A DNA stretch of 63,041 bases, counting the filler, from Folioceros fuciformis (Eukaryota): assembly GCA_049999805.1 (NCBI GenBank). It is 3 parts of 2 records of this genome, joined end to end, with 100 filler letters (N's around TTAATTAATTAA, not from the genome) between each part and the next. Parts side by side here need not be neighbours in the genome. Positions count along the whole stretch, not along the records: positions 32,014 to 57,153 come from JBNGIO010006379.1; 2 more parts are not named here. One strand, 5' to 3'. How positions within the stretch are numbered: position 1 is the stretch's first letter; each line of letters starts with the position of its first letter. The position numbers and the translations under genes were made by a program. The notes under the pieces were generated by a model. That model worked only from the letters and a program-made list of their open reading frames with translations. It was not told the origin of the DNA and made no database searches. Below are positions 32,014-45,100 of the stretch, one piece after another.

Positions 32014-32223
32014 ATACACATACGGTGAGTCAACACACATTGGTCCCACGTCAAGACCAGGAAGCACCCGGTGAACGAAATCGAGTTCAAAAAATTTGTA
32101 TATTTTCAAAGACGTCTTTCTGGGAAACAAAAGGCTTTATAAACTTATATGAAATTCTATTTCCGTGATAATAAATTGCTTCTTACGCGTCCTGTGAGCA
32201 ACTTAGATGGCTAGGATTACTCC

Positions 32224-32849
32224 TTAGGAATTACTCCAAACAAGATGAAGAGTAGTTGTCTCGTTCTCGTAACTTTCCTTGAACATTTGTAAAACTCCAG
32301 TGGTTGATAACTCCAAGTAAAAAGTATCTGATTTTGCTATCGAGAGATTAGAAGGCTTTATAGACCATTGAATGCTTCCATCCCGCCGATAAACCACAAT
32401 GCTGCCTTTGTTCGTAAGATAGAGCTTATCAAATTGGTAGGTTGTCTCTGCTCTACCATAACGCCAAATAACTGTAATTGGGTCCCAAAAGAACCTACCC
32501 ATTTTTTCTATTCTCACCTCACAAGTGCCGGCTAACAAAAACTGATATGGGCCGGTCTCTAAGTCGGTATGGTGTNNNNNNNNNNNNNNNNNNNNNNNNN
32601 NNNNNNNNNNNNNNNNNNNNNNNNNNNNNNNNNNNNNNNNNNNNNNNNNNNNNNNNNNNNNNNNNNNNNNNNNNNGGTATGGTGTTCTCGATCTGCTGCA
32701 TCTTCGTTGAAAGGATTGAACTGCATGTAATCATCCTGCCTCAAAATGCTTGTTCCTTCTCTTGCAACAACATGGAAGATGTTCTTCTGATCTTGTATTC
32801 GGACAACTAAGATTGATAAAATCGTAATCCAAATCCCCCGCATTCCCAT
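32224..32849 (-). CDS. Secreted bulb-type (B) lectin-like protein, about 171 aa if the gap is collapsed
   Basis: Hydrophobic N-terminus; LYLTNKGSIVVYRRDGSIQWS, LELSTTGVLQMF and VWSNS fit the B-lectin pattern; ggtatggtgt repeats on both sides of the N gap and merging it joins the two ORFs in frame. Confidence 0.55.
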
Positions 32850-33368
32850 GGAAATATTTGAGATAGTGAAGGTTTAATTTTGATTATGAGAGTGGTAAAA
32901 TGCAATTAGAGATGTAACTTGAGATGTTAGAAAAGCAAATCGAAAACAGAAAATTAGAGATTTCACAACGTCGTTCACCCGTCATCTTTTAAGCCGTAAG
33001 CTAAGAATCAGGTATATTTTGGATATATAATATTTTAACTTCTCGTATATATCTTGGATTATGCAGATTCCATTTTCTAGAAGTCTGAACATTCAAGATT
33101 GAGCGTCTCCTCGATTCACACAATCTGCACCGATATCCGTGGAGGAGGAAGGAACGAAGTTTGTGCAACTAGTCCATGGCGACTGCTGGGACATGGTGTG
33201 CTTATCCCCAAGACTGCAGCTTCTAATACTCCAGGATTTGTGTTGAGGTTCTGAGAGCATCGCTGAATTCGCGCCATGAATGAACACGTATCGATCACAT
33301 TACAACAGAAAAGGTTGTGCAAAAGTGATTGGTGCACCGACGGTGATCAATGCTACAGAAGGTAGGTG

Positions 33369-34795
33369 TCATGAGCAGGTACTAGGTAAGGATGTCATGA
33401 TCTCGTCCAGGTGATCAGCCAAGGGCGAGTCCAGGTAATCAGCCAAGGACGAGAAATCCAGATCCTGTACAGACGAGTCTTGACCTTCCTGTGTCTGTGA
33501 TGCCGCTGCCCCCGTGGTAGGAGGGAAATCTGGAAATCCATGCGGTACCCTTTGCTTGAGGGCATGCAGGACAGGAAGCATTTCTTCTGATTCCGAGTCG
33601 GAAGAATCAAATGACTGCGTTGGTTGGAGGCCTCTGTAGCTGTACTCGGTCATGACGTAGCGCCATTTCACCTCGCGTCTGCGCTTTCCTGTCCCCTGAT
33701 CAAGCCTCTCTCCGGCTCGAAATATCTCGGCAAGGTCCGATTCATGCCCGGTCCTGGCTAGGGTGGCCTTATAGGAAAAGGACTGCTTCTGAACAATCCC
33801 GTTGTTGGACAATTTTGGAGTGCTCGACTGTCTCCAGGCGAGTTGATCCCTTGTCACACGTTCCGTCTTTCCTTTGCACACCGTTTGGGCTCGGAAGGAG
33901 ATGAAATACAGAGGGGACGGCCCTTTGTGCTCTGTCCAGTGGCAATAACTTGAGAGAATTGTAGTCCGCCGCTTATCTGAATTGAATCAGCTGAAGTTAA
34001 GTTTACCTTTCAGAAGCTCCCAGGGGTGTAATTTATAAAACTCCACGGGTCGTCGACCGGACGCGAAGATCTCCTCTCGCATCCTTTTCCCGCCGGCATC
34101 TTTCGGCCAGGAACTCTCGATAGTATCCAGCATTCGATTTAACGTGTCGGTTTGCTTTGAAGATAGAATGCACTGAAGCACATACAGTAAGTACGTCAGG
34201 CAGGCTGGCGTGATGCAGCGAGAAGGCAATCAGACGTGAGAAGGCCAAGGACCGTTGATAGCAAATCATGGCCGCAATACTCTCGTTAGAACTGCTTCTA
34301 AACGCATTCTATTCTCGAGAGTCTAGGAATCACCTTCAACAGCAGCTGGGATGCTACTTCCTCTTCCTGTGGAGCGGATCCGTGCCACTCCTTGGCATGA
34401 GTCCAAGTGCAGAAGTCGTAGAACCGACAGGCGACATCTGCAAGGGGGACAAGACGGGGCTCAGGGCCCCTTGCTTCAACTATTCATGATTACTCCAGCA
34501 ATGCAATGCAGAATGCACACTAGTATCTACCTTCCTGATAGCTTGCGGCCCTCACAGCTGCAGCCCGATTACATCGGGGGAGCCTGCAGATCGGTCTACT
34601 GCGCTTGGGGCAGCTAGCTGCAACTAGTTGCATCTGCTCAAGAGCGTGACTCTTCGAGCAGAAATTCTTCCCTGGGTAACACGGCTTCCCACATCCCTCT
34701 AGCCGGCACAACTCCAGCTGGCTGCGGAGTATTGCGCTCCATCTGCCTTCATGTTCCTCCAAATCCAAAAGCTCCAAAAAGCTTGACGAAGACAT
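33369..34795 (-). CDS. Divergent NAC-like protein with two N-terminal Cys/His zinc-finger-like motifs; exons 34795-34531, 34437-34334, 34172-34007, 33931-33369; about 365 aa
   Basis: GT-AG splicing gives EFYKLHPWELLK / LYFISFR / ERVTRDQLAWRQSS / KQSFSY / RYVMTEYSY, i.e. NAC subdomains B-D in order; phase-1 intron after PWEL as in canonical NAC genes. Confidence 0.6.
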
Positions 34796-37700
34796 CAGTG
34801 CCAGGATGCAGCTTCTGCATGCACTCTACACTGGACAGGATGACAAACAAGCAACCTTGCTGGAATGTCTCTGGAATGGACGTGCACACTACACTTGGGC
34901 AACTTGGGAAGTATGTAGTCCTCTTCTCCTTCTTAAGCTCCTGGCCTGGCGTGGTCGTCGTTTGACCAGGGGCATCCACAATTTCACGCCTCTCCAGCCG
35001 CAAGTTGCAACTTGCTAATCGCACCAGATTAGTGCGCAGAATCTGATACATTAACATCTGCGTTCCCATTTTTTTTGCTGCTCAAGAACCTGGGCTCCAG
35101 CAGAGCTAGATTCTCGCGTTCTTAATTCCACTCTAATTAGCATGTGGGTACATTCTGCGGGGCGTGATAAGCGCCTTCTGTGTCTGCGCAAGGGAATCTG
35201 ACAGACTGAGAGACACAGACCAGTCGCCACAGAACGGCACACGAATTCACGGTTCAATCCACATACACTAGTAGCCTAAAACTTGCTTTACCATATATAT
35301 GTCGCACATCTCCCGTAGATGCTGCCATTAAACAGCTACATACACATGTAGGATCGCCGAGGGGGAGGTTCCCGGTTCGAATCCCATCCGGGACCGTGAG
35401 GTACAAAAAACTAAAATATAGCGTATCTCCCTTCCCACGATGGGAGAGTTCCCACGATGAAGACGGGTAAACCCGGAAGGCCTCCACAAGCATCACACTG
35501 AACAAAGTGGACAGTTTGGCAACGGAACGGGTGATATGGCGATGATTTGAACCGGCCGGGCCGCGATCTGGCAGGACGGCCAAACGGAACGGGAGCGAGG
35601 GATGATGATGGCCTGGCCGACCCTACCCCACCCCACCCGCCTGCATGCATGCCCGTGGAGGCTATGCATGCCATGATATCTGGCACGGCCCATGAAATGG
35701 AAACTCCAATCCATCATGGGCCTCCAACTGCCGTGCCGTCGCCATCAGCCATCAGCCGGCAACGGGCAACGGGCAACGGGCACAGGGAAACGGGCATCCG
35801 CCGTCGCCCGTTTTGCGTCCCAACCCGGACTCCGCTGTGTTCCGTTGCGCCCAATTTCGCCACCAAACGGGTACGTACAGTATGTTCGCACGCTTGATGA
35901 GAGCCAGTGGACTGTACTGTACCGCGTGGAAGCTCAAGCCAGGGCGACACGATGGGGACGGGAAACTGCTCGCCGCGGCGCCACTCCATCTTTTTTGTTT
36001 TGCTATGCTGGTCACCGCTGTGCCCTAAAAAGGTTGCCCTCGACTTCCTCTGTTCGACTGTCTTGGCCGCTTGCTGTCGGTACTGCAAAGGCGCAACAGG
36101 CCAAACGTCGTTTGTCGTGTCGAAAAATGTTGCTGCGCAGTCCGTTAGCTACACCTAGCCTCAACCCCCTACCTCCTCCACAGAGATGGATTCGAATTCA
36201 ACCTGCTTGGAATTTAGCTGGCTTGGATCTCTTCCTGGACACTGCTGCTGCTCGATACATCCAGAGCAATACGACGGTTACAGTCCACAGTCGCTTGTGA
36301 CAGGCAACTGGTCGCCGCTGCTGACCGAGGATGACACCAGCGCCAACGCTCAAGCAACATCCCTGTGGTGAGGTCACACCCGCACAGTCACATACAATTT
36401 CAAATCTGTGGTCCTGACTGGGACAATGCGGAGCAGATGATGCGTCAGAGCTCGCACGGGAAGCGACAGCGACGAGTTCAAAGCGCTTCCCTTCGACGTG
36501 CGATTCCCTGGCCGCCGTCGCCAGTCCGCCTCCTACTCCGTGACCTTGTACTGCTGCTGCTCTGCCTCTGTGTCTCTGCGTCTGCCCGCCACTCTCACAG
36601 CCAGGTCGTAATTAGGGCGCGGCGACAGCCAGCTGGCCAGAATCCAGATGCTGGACGTCACAGCATGCTGGACGGACGTCCACAGTTAGCAGAATCCGCC
36701 GTATAATTTCCCTATGATTTCCCTATGTATCTTCCTCAAGGCCAGCCCAGATGACTCTCGCACCAGCTTTACACCCTCCCGCCTCCAGGAACCCGGATTG
36801 ACCTGACCATAGGTAGCAAGCCCCTGACAGAATGATAGCATGATCATTTTATTTGCGGCCTGATTATCTATCTACATACGAGCTCCAATCCGACAATGAT
36901 CTTCGAAAACGAGACATGGAGCTTTCCGGAAGCATGAAGTCAAGCGGCAGCTAGCTGACCTTCTTACATGTTTGCTATTTCCACAACAAGGGTGAGCACT
37001 GCAAATACTTGGATACACATGTGTATCTAGATACTACTGCCTCCAGAACCTTCTTCCGGATGTTGTAGACTCAGCGGCAGGCAATACCATAGTCATCTGC
37101 TTCTGCGTGGTGTAGTATCCCTGAACAACAACAAAAGAAAACTTTTCCGGGCGTGTTGCATGTAGGACTCTGTAACATCCGTCCATGTTTGCCGGAGCCA
37201 GTGACAGAGCACCAGTGCCAGAGCATACTGGCAACCCTTTCACACACTGCTTGCACATCAACTAAGCAGTCAGGGAATCTGTGTACCGACACAGCAACAA
37301 GGCCCATACATAAAACATAGTGTACGCCTTCCGTCTCCAGGAGTCTCCAGAGCAGATATCACATCGGACAAGGGCCAGCGAAAACAGCAGGCGCCAGTTC
37401 CTCCTTTTGTGACTGCTCCCGCAAGTCCAGTAAATGCGCAACAAACATCGGAACCGGCGGACGGAAGCCAGCCAGATCTAGTGAGAAAGCGCCAAACCAT
37501 CTGCGGTTACGACAGGACCGGAACTCGGTTGGAAGCGGCCAAGCCCGTCGGGTGTGACCATCCCTGCCCTGCGTCCTCGTCCTGCCAGGGCCCCCGTTCC
37601 AGTCTTGAAGAGAGGAATCAATCTGAGCGCTGAGCGCAGCACAGAGAGCGGGCATACGGCCTGGATCGGGCTTACGCGTCACCGCAGCCAGTGTAGATGA

Positions 37701-38586
37701 AGCAGCCGTTGCCGTTGCGGGACAGTACAGCGTCTCAGCAATTACGCAAATTATTCCTGGCCAAGCCTGCCACTGGCCAGTCCGCCATCATTCAAGCGAT
37801 GTGAGGACAAGCGGCAGGCCTCTGTTCGATGCTGCGCTGCTCCAGCAAGCACGGCTCGCTGCCACAGGCCCCTGGGAATGCACAGTCACAACAGTACCAA
37901 ACACTGGCAACACTACCCGAGCCTTTCTGGCGTCGGAAAGTACAAACCTCACCTCCCCCACCCATGCTCCGCTCTACTCTGCTGCGCTCAAGCCTGGGGC
38001 TGGGAACTCGGCCCACTCCCACCTCCTCCTCCACGCCCAACCACCGGAAGCAAGAGGATTTTCGCGTAGGCGACCTGCCACCCGTGGATGCGAGCGCGCG
38101 AGCGCGCAGCTTAAGACGTCATGCGAATCGCTCCCCCGGTACACCAAGATCCCGGTTTCACTGCCCCTCCGCATTGCATCAAACGCGTGTGGTCTTAGGT
38201 CAAGCCCAAGGGCCTGACGCATTGGGATCATGACTTTGACTCCCGCCATCGCCACCACCTACACCTCCCTTGCCCTATCCCACTTCGTTGCACCGCGCCA
38301 TTTGGCCATGCCCCATCCCCCATCCCTATTGTAGCCTTTGCCTCACATCCCAACACTCCTCTCTGCCACCGCTGGGATTCCAATGCCGTGTAACCCACTG
38401 GGAACTCCATGTCCGTGGAATGTCATCTTCTCCTCCAGCAAGAGTCTTCTTTTCACTTCCTAAAGCTTACATGTCACGAATGTTTTTGTGCCTCACAAGT
38501 TCTGAGTGGTATCACCATTTTACAACTCACTAGAGCATGCCATTGTGTCAACTTGCCTTTGTGAAAGTGAGATCACAGGATGGGTC

Positions 38587-40464
38587 TCAAGGATCATGGT
38601 AAGATAGTATGGAGTGAAGAAGATTGTTGAAACTGATCCCGTTGTTGTTCTTCTTTGCCACATTCTGCAAATGGAGAGTGAGCTTTTGTCCTTCATTTGT
38701 GTCAGGGTCTATTCGCCCAACATTAACCAACCTTCGAATCTGTGCTCCATGTAGTATTGTGCGATGCATATATCCCGGGGCAAGTTTGTGAAAGGAGTGT
38801 TTCATTGCTTCCAAATGTTCATAAGGCATACTTCCTCTCAGCTTGTTTTGAAACTCTTTTTGAAACAACTTTCCATCCTTCTTATCCTTGTCTCTAAGCT
38901 TCCGCATTGGTGCAATCTTTGAATAAATTGATAGGCTAGGATGACGAAGGTTTATTCTTTTGATTGTGAGTGGTTTTATGGGAAGTTTGGTTCCAAGTGG
39001 CTCTCTGGGAAGTACATTGTCTGTAAATCTATTCCAGAAGGTCTTTGAAAATTCGTCAGGTATGTTAGCCATGTTAAACATTTTGTACTCAGCGTCTTCC
39101 AAGGGAGACATGGCACCACTATAAGGGAAATCATTCACCCACTCTCCTTCCCATTTTCTCCTCTTTAATGGCCAACAATATATGCCCCACCCATCTCTTT
39201 GGTCTTTCTTCCATGCACCCATATAGCATCCATCATTTATGTAGTAGTAGGTTCCAATACCATGCTTCCTACCTCGCCACCATTTTCCTTCATAGATGGA
39301 GCCATCTTTGTATTTCATGCAACCATGGCCAAAGTGCTCACCATTTTTCATCTCTCCACGATATTCTTGGCCATTTGTGTGGTACAAACATCCATATCCT
39401 GTTTTCATCCCATACTCCCATTGCCCATCATACAGTAGTCTTAAGGCTCCCTTTCGGGACATCGAATCAGGGACCCAGTGTTGGCCATGCCCATGAGGTA
39501 AACCTCCAACTACATCACCAAGATATCGCCCACCTGCACTACCCCATAGTAACATAGAGCCTGATTCATCATGGTAGTCAGAAGCCTTTTTCTGGATAAT
39601 AACTTTTGCAATGGCTCTGGAGAAGTAATCTGGAGTGAAGGTCCGCATAGATTGCTCAACCAAATGGAGGTTAGGAGCATCTATATCTAAGTGGTAGGAA
39701 GATGGAGGGATGCCTGTGAACCCTCGTCGCCACCTAGGCTTTCTTGTTCTCCAAGGCCACTGAATAGGGGTCTTTGGTCGTGACGAGGGTGGTGTTGGCA
39801 CATCTGACATGGGCCGAGACCCATCCTCTGGTGCTTGCCTCGATGTTTGAGATCGGTTTTCACTTGTGCCAGTGGCTCCAGAGGAACTAGCTCTTCTCTC
39901 GGTAAGTTGAGAAGGGGTCAATTGAGCTGTAGTACTAGACGAACCTCGTGGAGTCCAACCTGTACTAGAAGAGCCTGAAGGAGGGCTGCCTGCTGATGGG
40001 GAAAAGGAAGGAGGACTTTGTGAATTTGATGGAAGACGGGATTGTAATTGATTGAAGACTGAAGGAGATAGAGGTGTGGAACCTCTTGGAATGCTTGATC
40101 CTTGGGTTTGAGGCCTAGAACCTATTGGAGGACTTGAACTAGTGGTCGGAGTAGAACCTTGAGGAGGGCTTGAGTCTGACAACGTAGGTTTGCTTGATCC
40201 TATGGTAGATGGAGTTGATCCAGCTGCATAAATATAACCCTCTAAGTAAGCTCCTTTACTATACTTATCCAGAGTGGTACCAACAAGAGATATTGTAGAA
40301 GTTCTTGGATCAACAAGATCAATCTTTGAATTCTTCCGAGATAAGGAGCTTTTGTGAGAAACACCATTCCCAAGCTCTTGAGCTCTTGATTCATCTACCT
40401 TTGAAGGCAATTTGTCCTTAGAAACTTGTTCTTTATAAGATTGTTTATCTTTATCAAGTTCCAT
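38587..40464 (-). CDS. MORN-repeat protein with Ser/Pro-rich N-terminus, single ORF
   Basis: About six YxGxWxxGxxxGxG repeats (YDGQWEYGMKTGYG, YEGKWWRGRKHGIG, YMGAWKKDQRDGWG); first ATG at 40464. Confidence 0.88.
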   Translation of the reverse strand: MELDKDKQSYKEQVSKDKLPSKVDESRAQELGNGVSHKSSLSRKNSKIDLVDPRTSTISLVGTTLDKYSKGAYLEGYIYAAGSTPSTIGSSKPTLSDSSPPQGSTPTTSSSPPIGSRPQTQGSSIPRGSTPLSPSVFNQLQSRLPSNSQSPPSFSPSAGSPPSGSSSTGWTPRGSSSTTAQLTPSQLTERRASSSGATGTSENRSQTSRQAPEDGSRPMSDVPTPPSSRPKTPIQWPWRTRKPRWRRGFTGIPPSSYHLDIDAPNLHLVEQSMRTFTPDYFSRAIAKVIIQKKASDYHDESGSMLLWGSAGGRYLGDVVGGLPHGHGQHWVPDSMSRKGALRLLYDGQWEYGMKTGYGCLYHTNGQEYRGEMKNGEHFGHGCMKYKDGSIYEGKWWRGRKHGIGTYYYINDGCYMGAWKKDQRDGWGIYCWPLKRRKWEGEWVNDFPYSGAMSPLEDAEYKMFNMANIPDEFSKTFWNRFTDNVLPREPLGTKLPIKPLTIKRINLRHPSLSIYSKIAPMRKLRDKDKKDGKLFQKEFQNKLRGSMPYEHLEAMKHSFHKLAPGYMHRTILHGAQIRRLVNVGRIDPDTNEGQKLTLHLQNVAKKNNNGISFNNLLHSILSYHDP

Positions 40465-42111
40465 ACTTGCCAAGTTGCTAGATCTCAACTTGTGCTGCTA
40501 TATCACCAAATATCACTTGATTATCCTGTGGAAGATGCAATCCTAACTTTGAGATTATCAAGATTGTTAGAGTAGTTTACTTATTTCAATGCAATCTTAG
40601 TGAACAATAGAAATATTCACTCACCTCAAAAGTGCAAGCAGCATAACGTTAAGTTCTCTTTTATCACTCAATGTGGACATGTGTTCAAGTGTTCAATTCT
40701 GGAGTCTCACAACTGCAGCCTTGTTGAAATGTGCTATAAGATCTGAACCAAAAAACAAACAAGAAAAAGAAGACAGCTATGCAAAACTTTGATCAGCAAA
40801 GAAGTAATGCACCACTACGNNNNNNNNNNNNNNNNNNNNNNNNNNNNNNNNNNNNNNNNNNNNNNNNNNNNNNNNNNNNNNNNNNNNNNNNNNNNNNNNN
40901 NNNNNNNNNNNNNNNNNNNGACGAGGCCAAAGGACGCTCCGATGCTTCCGTTTACCCTGCCCTAACGGTTTGGCCAGGGAAGAGTTGTGCCAGTTGCGCC
41001 AATTCGACGAATCCGGTGCCGCGGCCTGCGAACCTTTGTCGGGGCAAGGACAAGGAGGCCACATAACTTCACACAGGTGCTAGCTCCTGCGGCTGCCACC
41101 CATTAAGCCCCCACCTAACACTTCCGTGTCATCCACTTAAATGGGATTGCGACGGCGGGTAAAGCTAGCCCGGGCGGCTGTTCTCCCCTCACCAACAAGC
41201 TTACAAGTGCGCTCCCTGCCCACAGCGCTCGGAGCAGGAAAAGTGGGTAAGTATAGCCTTGGCGCCACCCGCCTCTCTTTCTCCCCGCTTGGGCACCGCA
41301 GCCATCTCTTGGTCCAGTGCAGCTCCCGCGCCCCTGGAGCTCCTTAAGCTGGACCGCCATTGCCCAGCGCTTCTGTGTGCGCCATTTCCCGTCGCTCGCA
41401 TCTGCTGCCTGCCACAAGTATGTGGGCTGCTGAGGTGCAATTTGAGGGAATGTGCTGCTAGGGAGAGGTGTAACCATGTCGCTCTCGCTCTGCGTCCTGC
41501 TCATCGTCGTCTTTCTTCTTCTCTGCGCTACGATGCTGTGCCTGCTCTTTGCCGCGATCTCCTCTGCTGTTCACAACATTCTCAGAGGAGCATTGTTTAG
41601 CTGAGGGAGGCTACGTGAGGCTGCAGAACGTCCTGTAATGAATCAGCTGCATCGCGCTGCTGAGAAGACTCGAATTGCTGCCACCTTCCACTGAGTCGCG
41701 TGTTGTTGTGTTTGCTGGTTCTTTTGAGGGGAAAGAGGGGTGAAAGCGAAGGCTGGAATCTGTGCTTCTTTAGGCGGCCACTTCGGCGTAGGAAATTACA
41801 TGAGGACTGCATGCCTGCGTCGAGTCCTGTCCGGGTACTGCTGAGCTTGTTCTCTTCCGAGCATCTTCCGGCTCTTTCTTTGCGGGGGGAGGCTGCTGAG
41901 GAAGGCTGTCAAGTGGTCGCAGGAGAAGTGACACCGCGTGCCTAAACCTGTGAGGTTCAGGTGTCCAGAGTGCAGGCTTCCCAGCCACTGAACAACGTGG
42001 AGTGTGACCTGATAAATGCGCTTCAGAGTGTGTAGTGTCCTCGGTGCACAACTCGCTACATTCGTTACAATCTGTGAGGTAGATTGCTGAGTCTTCTGGC
42101 TTGCTTCATCG

Positions 42112-45100
42112 ATGGATCAAGGGGGCGGAAAAGTGAACATGCACAGCTCATTGTCGGCCCTGCAACTTCAGGCGGCTGTTCCCTGTTATCCAGCTTTTGA
42201 CGCGAGCTTCAGAGGACCATACGTGTCAGGAGACCGCGATGGTGAGAGTTGTATGGACTCTGTGCTCCGCATTCTCTACCCTCCCTCAGTTGCGGAGAAC
42301 AGCTTCGATCCATCCCCGACGGAAATGAGGTAGAGCCAATTCGATCAGCTCGATGCAAGCATGTGACTACCAACTGATACGCTCGTATCACTTGATGCGC
42401 TTGCTCCCAACTTGAAAGAGAGCTGTCCGGGCATCTCAAGCTTCATACCTTCTTGATCGGACTGCTTGCTCCTTGCTTTTGGAAAATCGTCACTGTGCAA
42501 TGCCGTCACTGTTTCAGCTTAGCTCAGTCTTATCGGTGGCACTCAGCGACTGATTTCTGTGTATTTGTGCCAGTTGGAATAGCGAACTAGACTCAGCGTT
42601 TGTTGCGCCTGGTTTTGATGAACTGGCAGACAGTGTGACGTTCGACATTCGCCGCACACGATTCTACCAGGTAAGGATCTCTTCATGTGGAGGAGTAGAA
42701 GCTTCTTAAGGCCCTCCTTAGATGCGCTCCGTATCAATCAGTTGACAGTTGCTGGCGGTAGTATGGTAGCCGCTGGCTTTCAACGATGCATACTGCAGGT
42801 TCGCAGTGTCATCCAGTCCAGCCTGAGGAAGCCACCCTTTTTGACACCTCCCATCATTGCTCATTCGCAGGGTTACAATATTAATCCCGGAGCTGACATC
42901 TCTCACCAAATGGCCTTTCACCGACGGATACAAGTTCAACAAGTCCCGGGCAACCACAACATCCAGGAGCATATGACATCCGACCAAGGGCTCCCCTCAG
43001 CTCTGCAGAAACTAGTGCAAAAGGTGAACGGAGATCACGAAGACCGTGCTTCAGCTCCTGCAGGCTGTTGCGGCTTTTCAGATGCTTGTCTCATTCAGGA
43101 CGCACTTGATCCTGCCTATTTCAGTTTCTCTTCAGTGACCACGGATGCAGACATGGAGAGCTTGCATTCTTCTGGTCGTGTCACTGACCCTGCTTTAGGA
43201 GGCTCCTACATCCATCAATCTTGCAGGGAGGTCTCCCGTCTGCACTACAACTTCTCAGAGGCTTGCGAGCTAAGTGCGGTGGTGCACAGCAGTATCTCTT
43301 TGCGACACAAGTCCGCAACTGGTTCTCTGGGCAAAGAGCAGAAGAATGGCTCAGGAAACGTTTCTTCAAACTCTGAAGTACATGATGTGGCAAAAGGTTG
43401 CTGCAATCAGGGCTATGGTGGTTTATCCCTGGTTCAACAAGATCTCCAGTTTGACGGATCAAGACAGACTCAGCTCTATATCACATCCCAGGTCTCTGAT
43501 CAGGACCCGACCGTGAACCACCAAAACTGGCCTCTTTCTGATGTAATCTTCAGCAGTAGCGATGCTCCTCGGTCCCCATCAGGTGATCTGGCGTCAGTCT
43601 GTGGGGTACGTCTACCCGCAATGCCAGCAACGACAGATGAAAGAGGACCCTTCCGACGTCTTCAACCTTCAGTTCAAGACACCTCGTGGAACACAGGACT
43701 GTCTGATCATCAATATGGTCTGCCTCAATCAGGGCCCATGTATAATCTTCCCCAAGACGAGCGTACGGTCGGGCTATCAGATTTGTCGAAGGCGCTTATC
43801 CAGAGAGGCAACCAAGGGGCTCATGATATGTTGGCATTGACAACGGACTCTCACCTACGACAAGTTACGACGCTAGCAACTAAGCGGCCCAGGAGGTGCT
43901 CACCAGTTATTTCTGAGTTCGGAGTTTTACCTGTTTTCAGCACCATAGTCTCATCTGAGATCCAGGCTTCCGAGTTCTCTGTCTCTACCGAGAGTAGTAT
44001 GGGCCTGGCACATGTGCAGCCCGGCAGCGACCCCGACGGGAGTATACTCCGACGAAAGCGCAAGGCCGTGAGCGATGAAAGCTCCTGGTTTGGTATTCTG
44101 CATCACGAGTGGTCACCGGCCACAGTACTGAAATGCTCCACAGAGCAAGCGAAGTCAGCCCATGAAGTCTCCATCCAGCAGGTCAGCTCCCATGTGTGCG
44201 CATCTCGACTCACAGTGACGCAAGAATTCCAGCCTGGTACTCCAGAAGGTCGGGAGTTGAGAGCTGCTGCTAGTTCGTTGATGGACTTGTGCACAGAGCT
44301 TGTGCCTCCTGTGCCTCTGGCTATGAGGCGTCCTCCCAAGCTGACAGACTTGGACATGACTCGTCTGATTCAAGCATACAAACAATTGAGTGCGAGTCAT
44401 GTGCTGCGCACACTGCAACAGTTCCCTTTCGTTAAGGAGGCGGACGTTTATTCGGTACATCCCGCAGAACTAATCTCAGGTGAGGTTCCTGCCTTCTTTC
44501 GTGCCGGCACTTCCTGATTGCAGCTAGATTGTTATGGTGGTCGTACTGAATCAATAGACTTCCAGGTACAGGTGCTGGACAATATTTCTTCAGCGAGACT
44601 AAGTATGGGAGCATCAAGAAGCCAACGAGGTTACGCATCACCCAGAATGGTCACCGGTGGAAGCAGCAAGGGAGGACATACGCCATTCAAGAAGGAGGAC
44701 GAACTGTGGCTTTCAAAACATATTTGAGTTACGTTCCCCTTAAAAACAACGGGAAACAGGTTTACCCTCAAATCTCCTCAGGTCCAGAAGAAACCAAGAG
44801 CTGCAGTTCGGCACATGGGGACGGACACGTTGGCGTGCCCCTGGCTGTTCCTGTTTCAGCACCTCTAAGCACGACTGCACTCCGGTGTGTGAAGCAGACA
44901 CAGCCTGCTTCTTCTAATAAGCAAAGCACAGAAAAGGGGGACCCTTCTACCTGGGTATGCTCAAAACTGGCTCCTCATAGGAAGTGGGCATTGTGGACGA
45001 TGGAGGAAATTGCTTTAGCCGAGGACGTGGAGATGGAAAGGAGAACATTCAAGAGAGGTGGGCTCCCAAGACCTTTCCCTGTGCTGTGCAAGATAGGGTG

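Noticed and set aside
33977-34006. 30-bp in-frame micro-intron in the zinc-finger-NAC gene
   Set aside because: A 75-bp intron (33932-34006) also preserves frame and fits the local intron sizes better
35400-38500. Many overlapping short ORFs in a GC-rich stretch
   Set aside because: No recognisable domain or consistent exon chain; a hidden gene cannot be excluded
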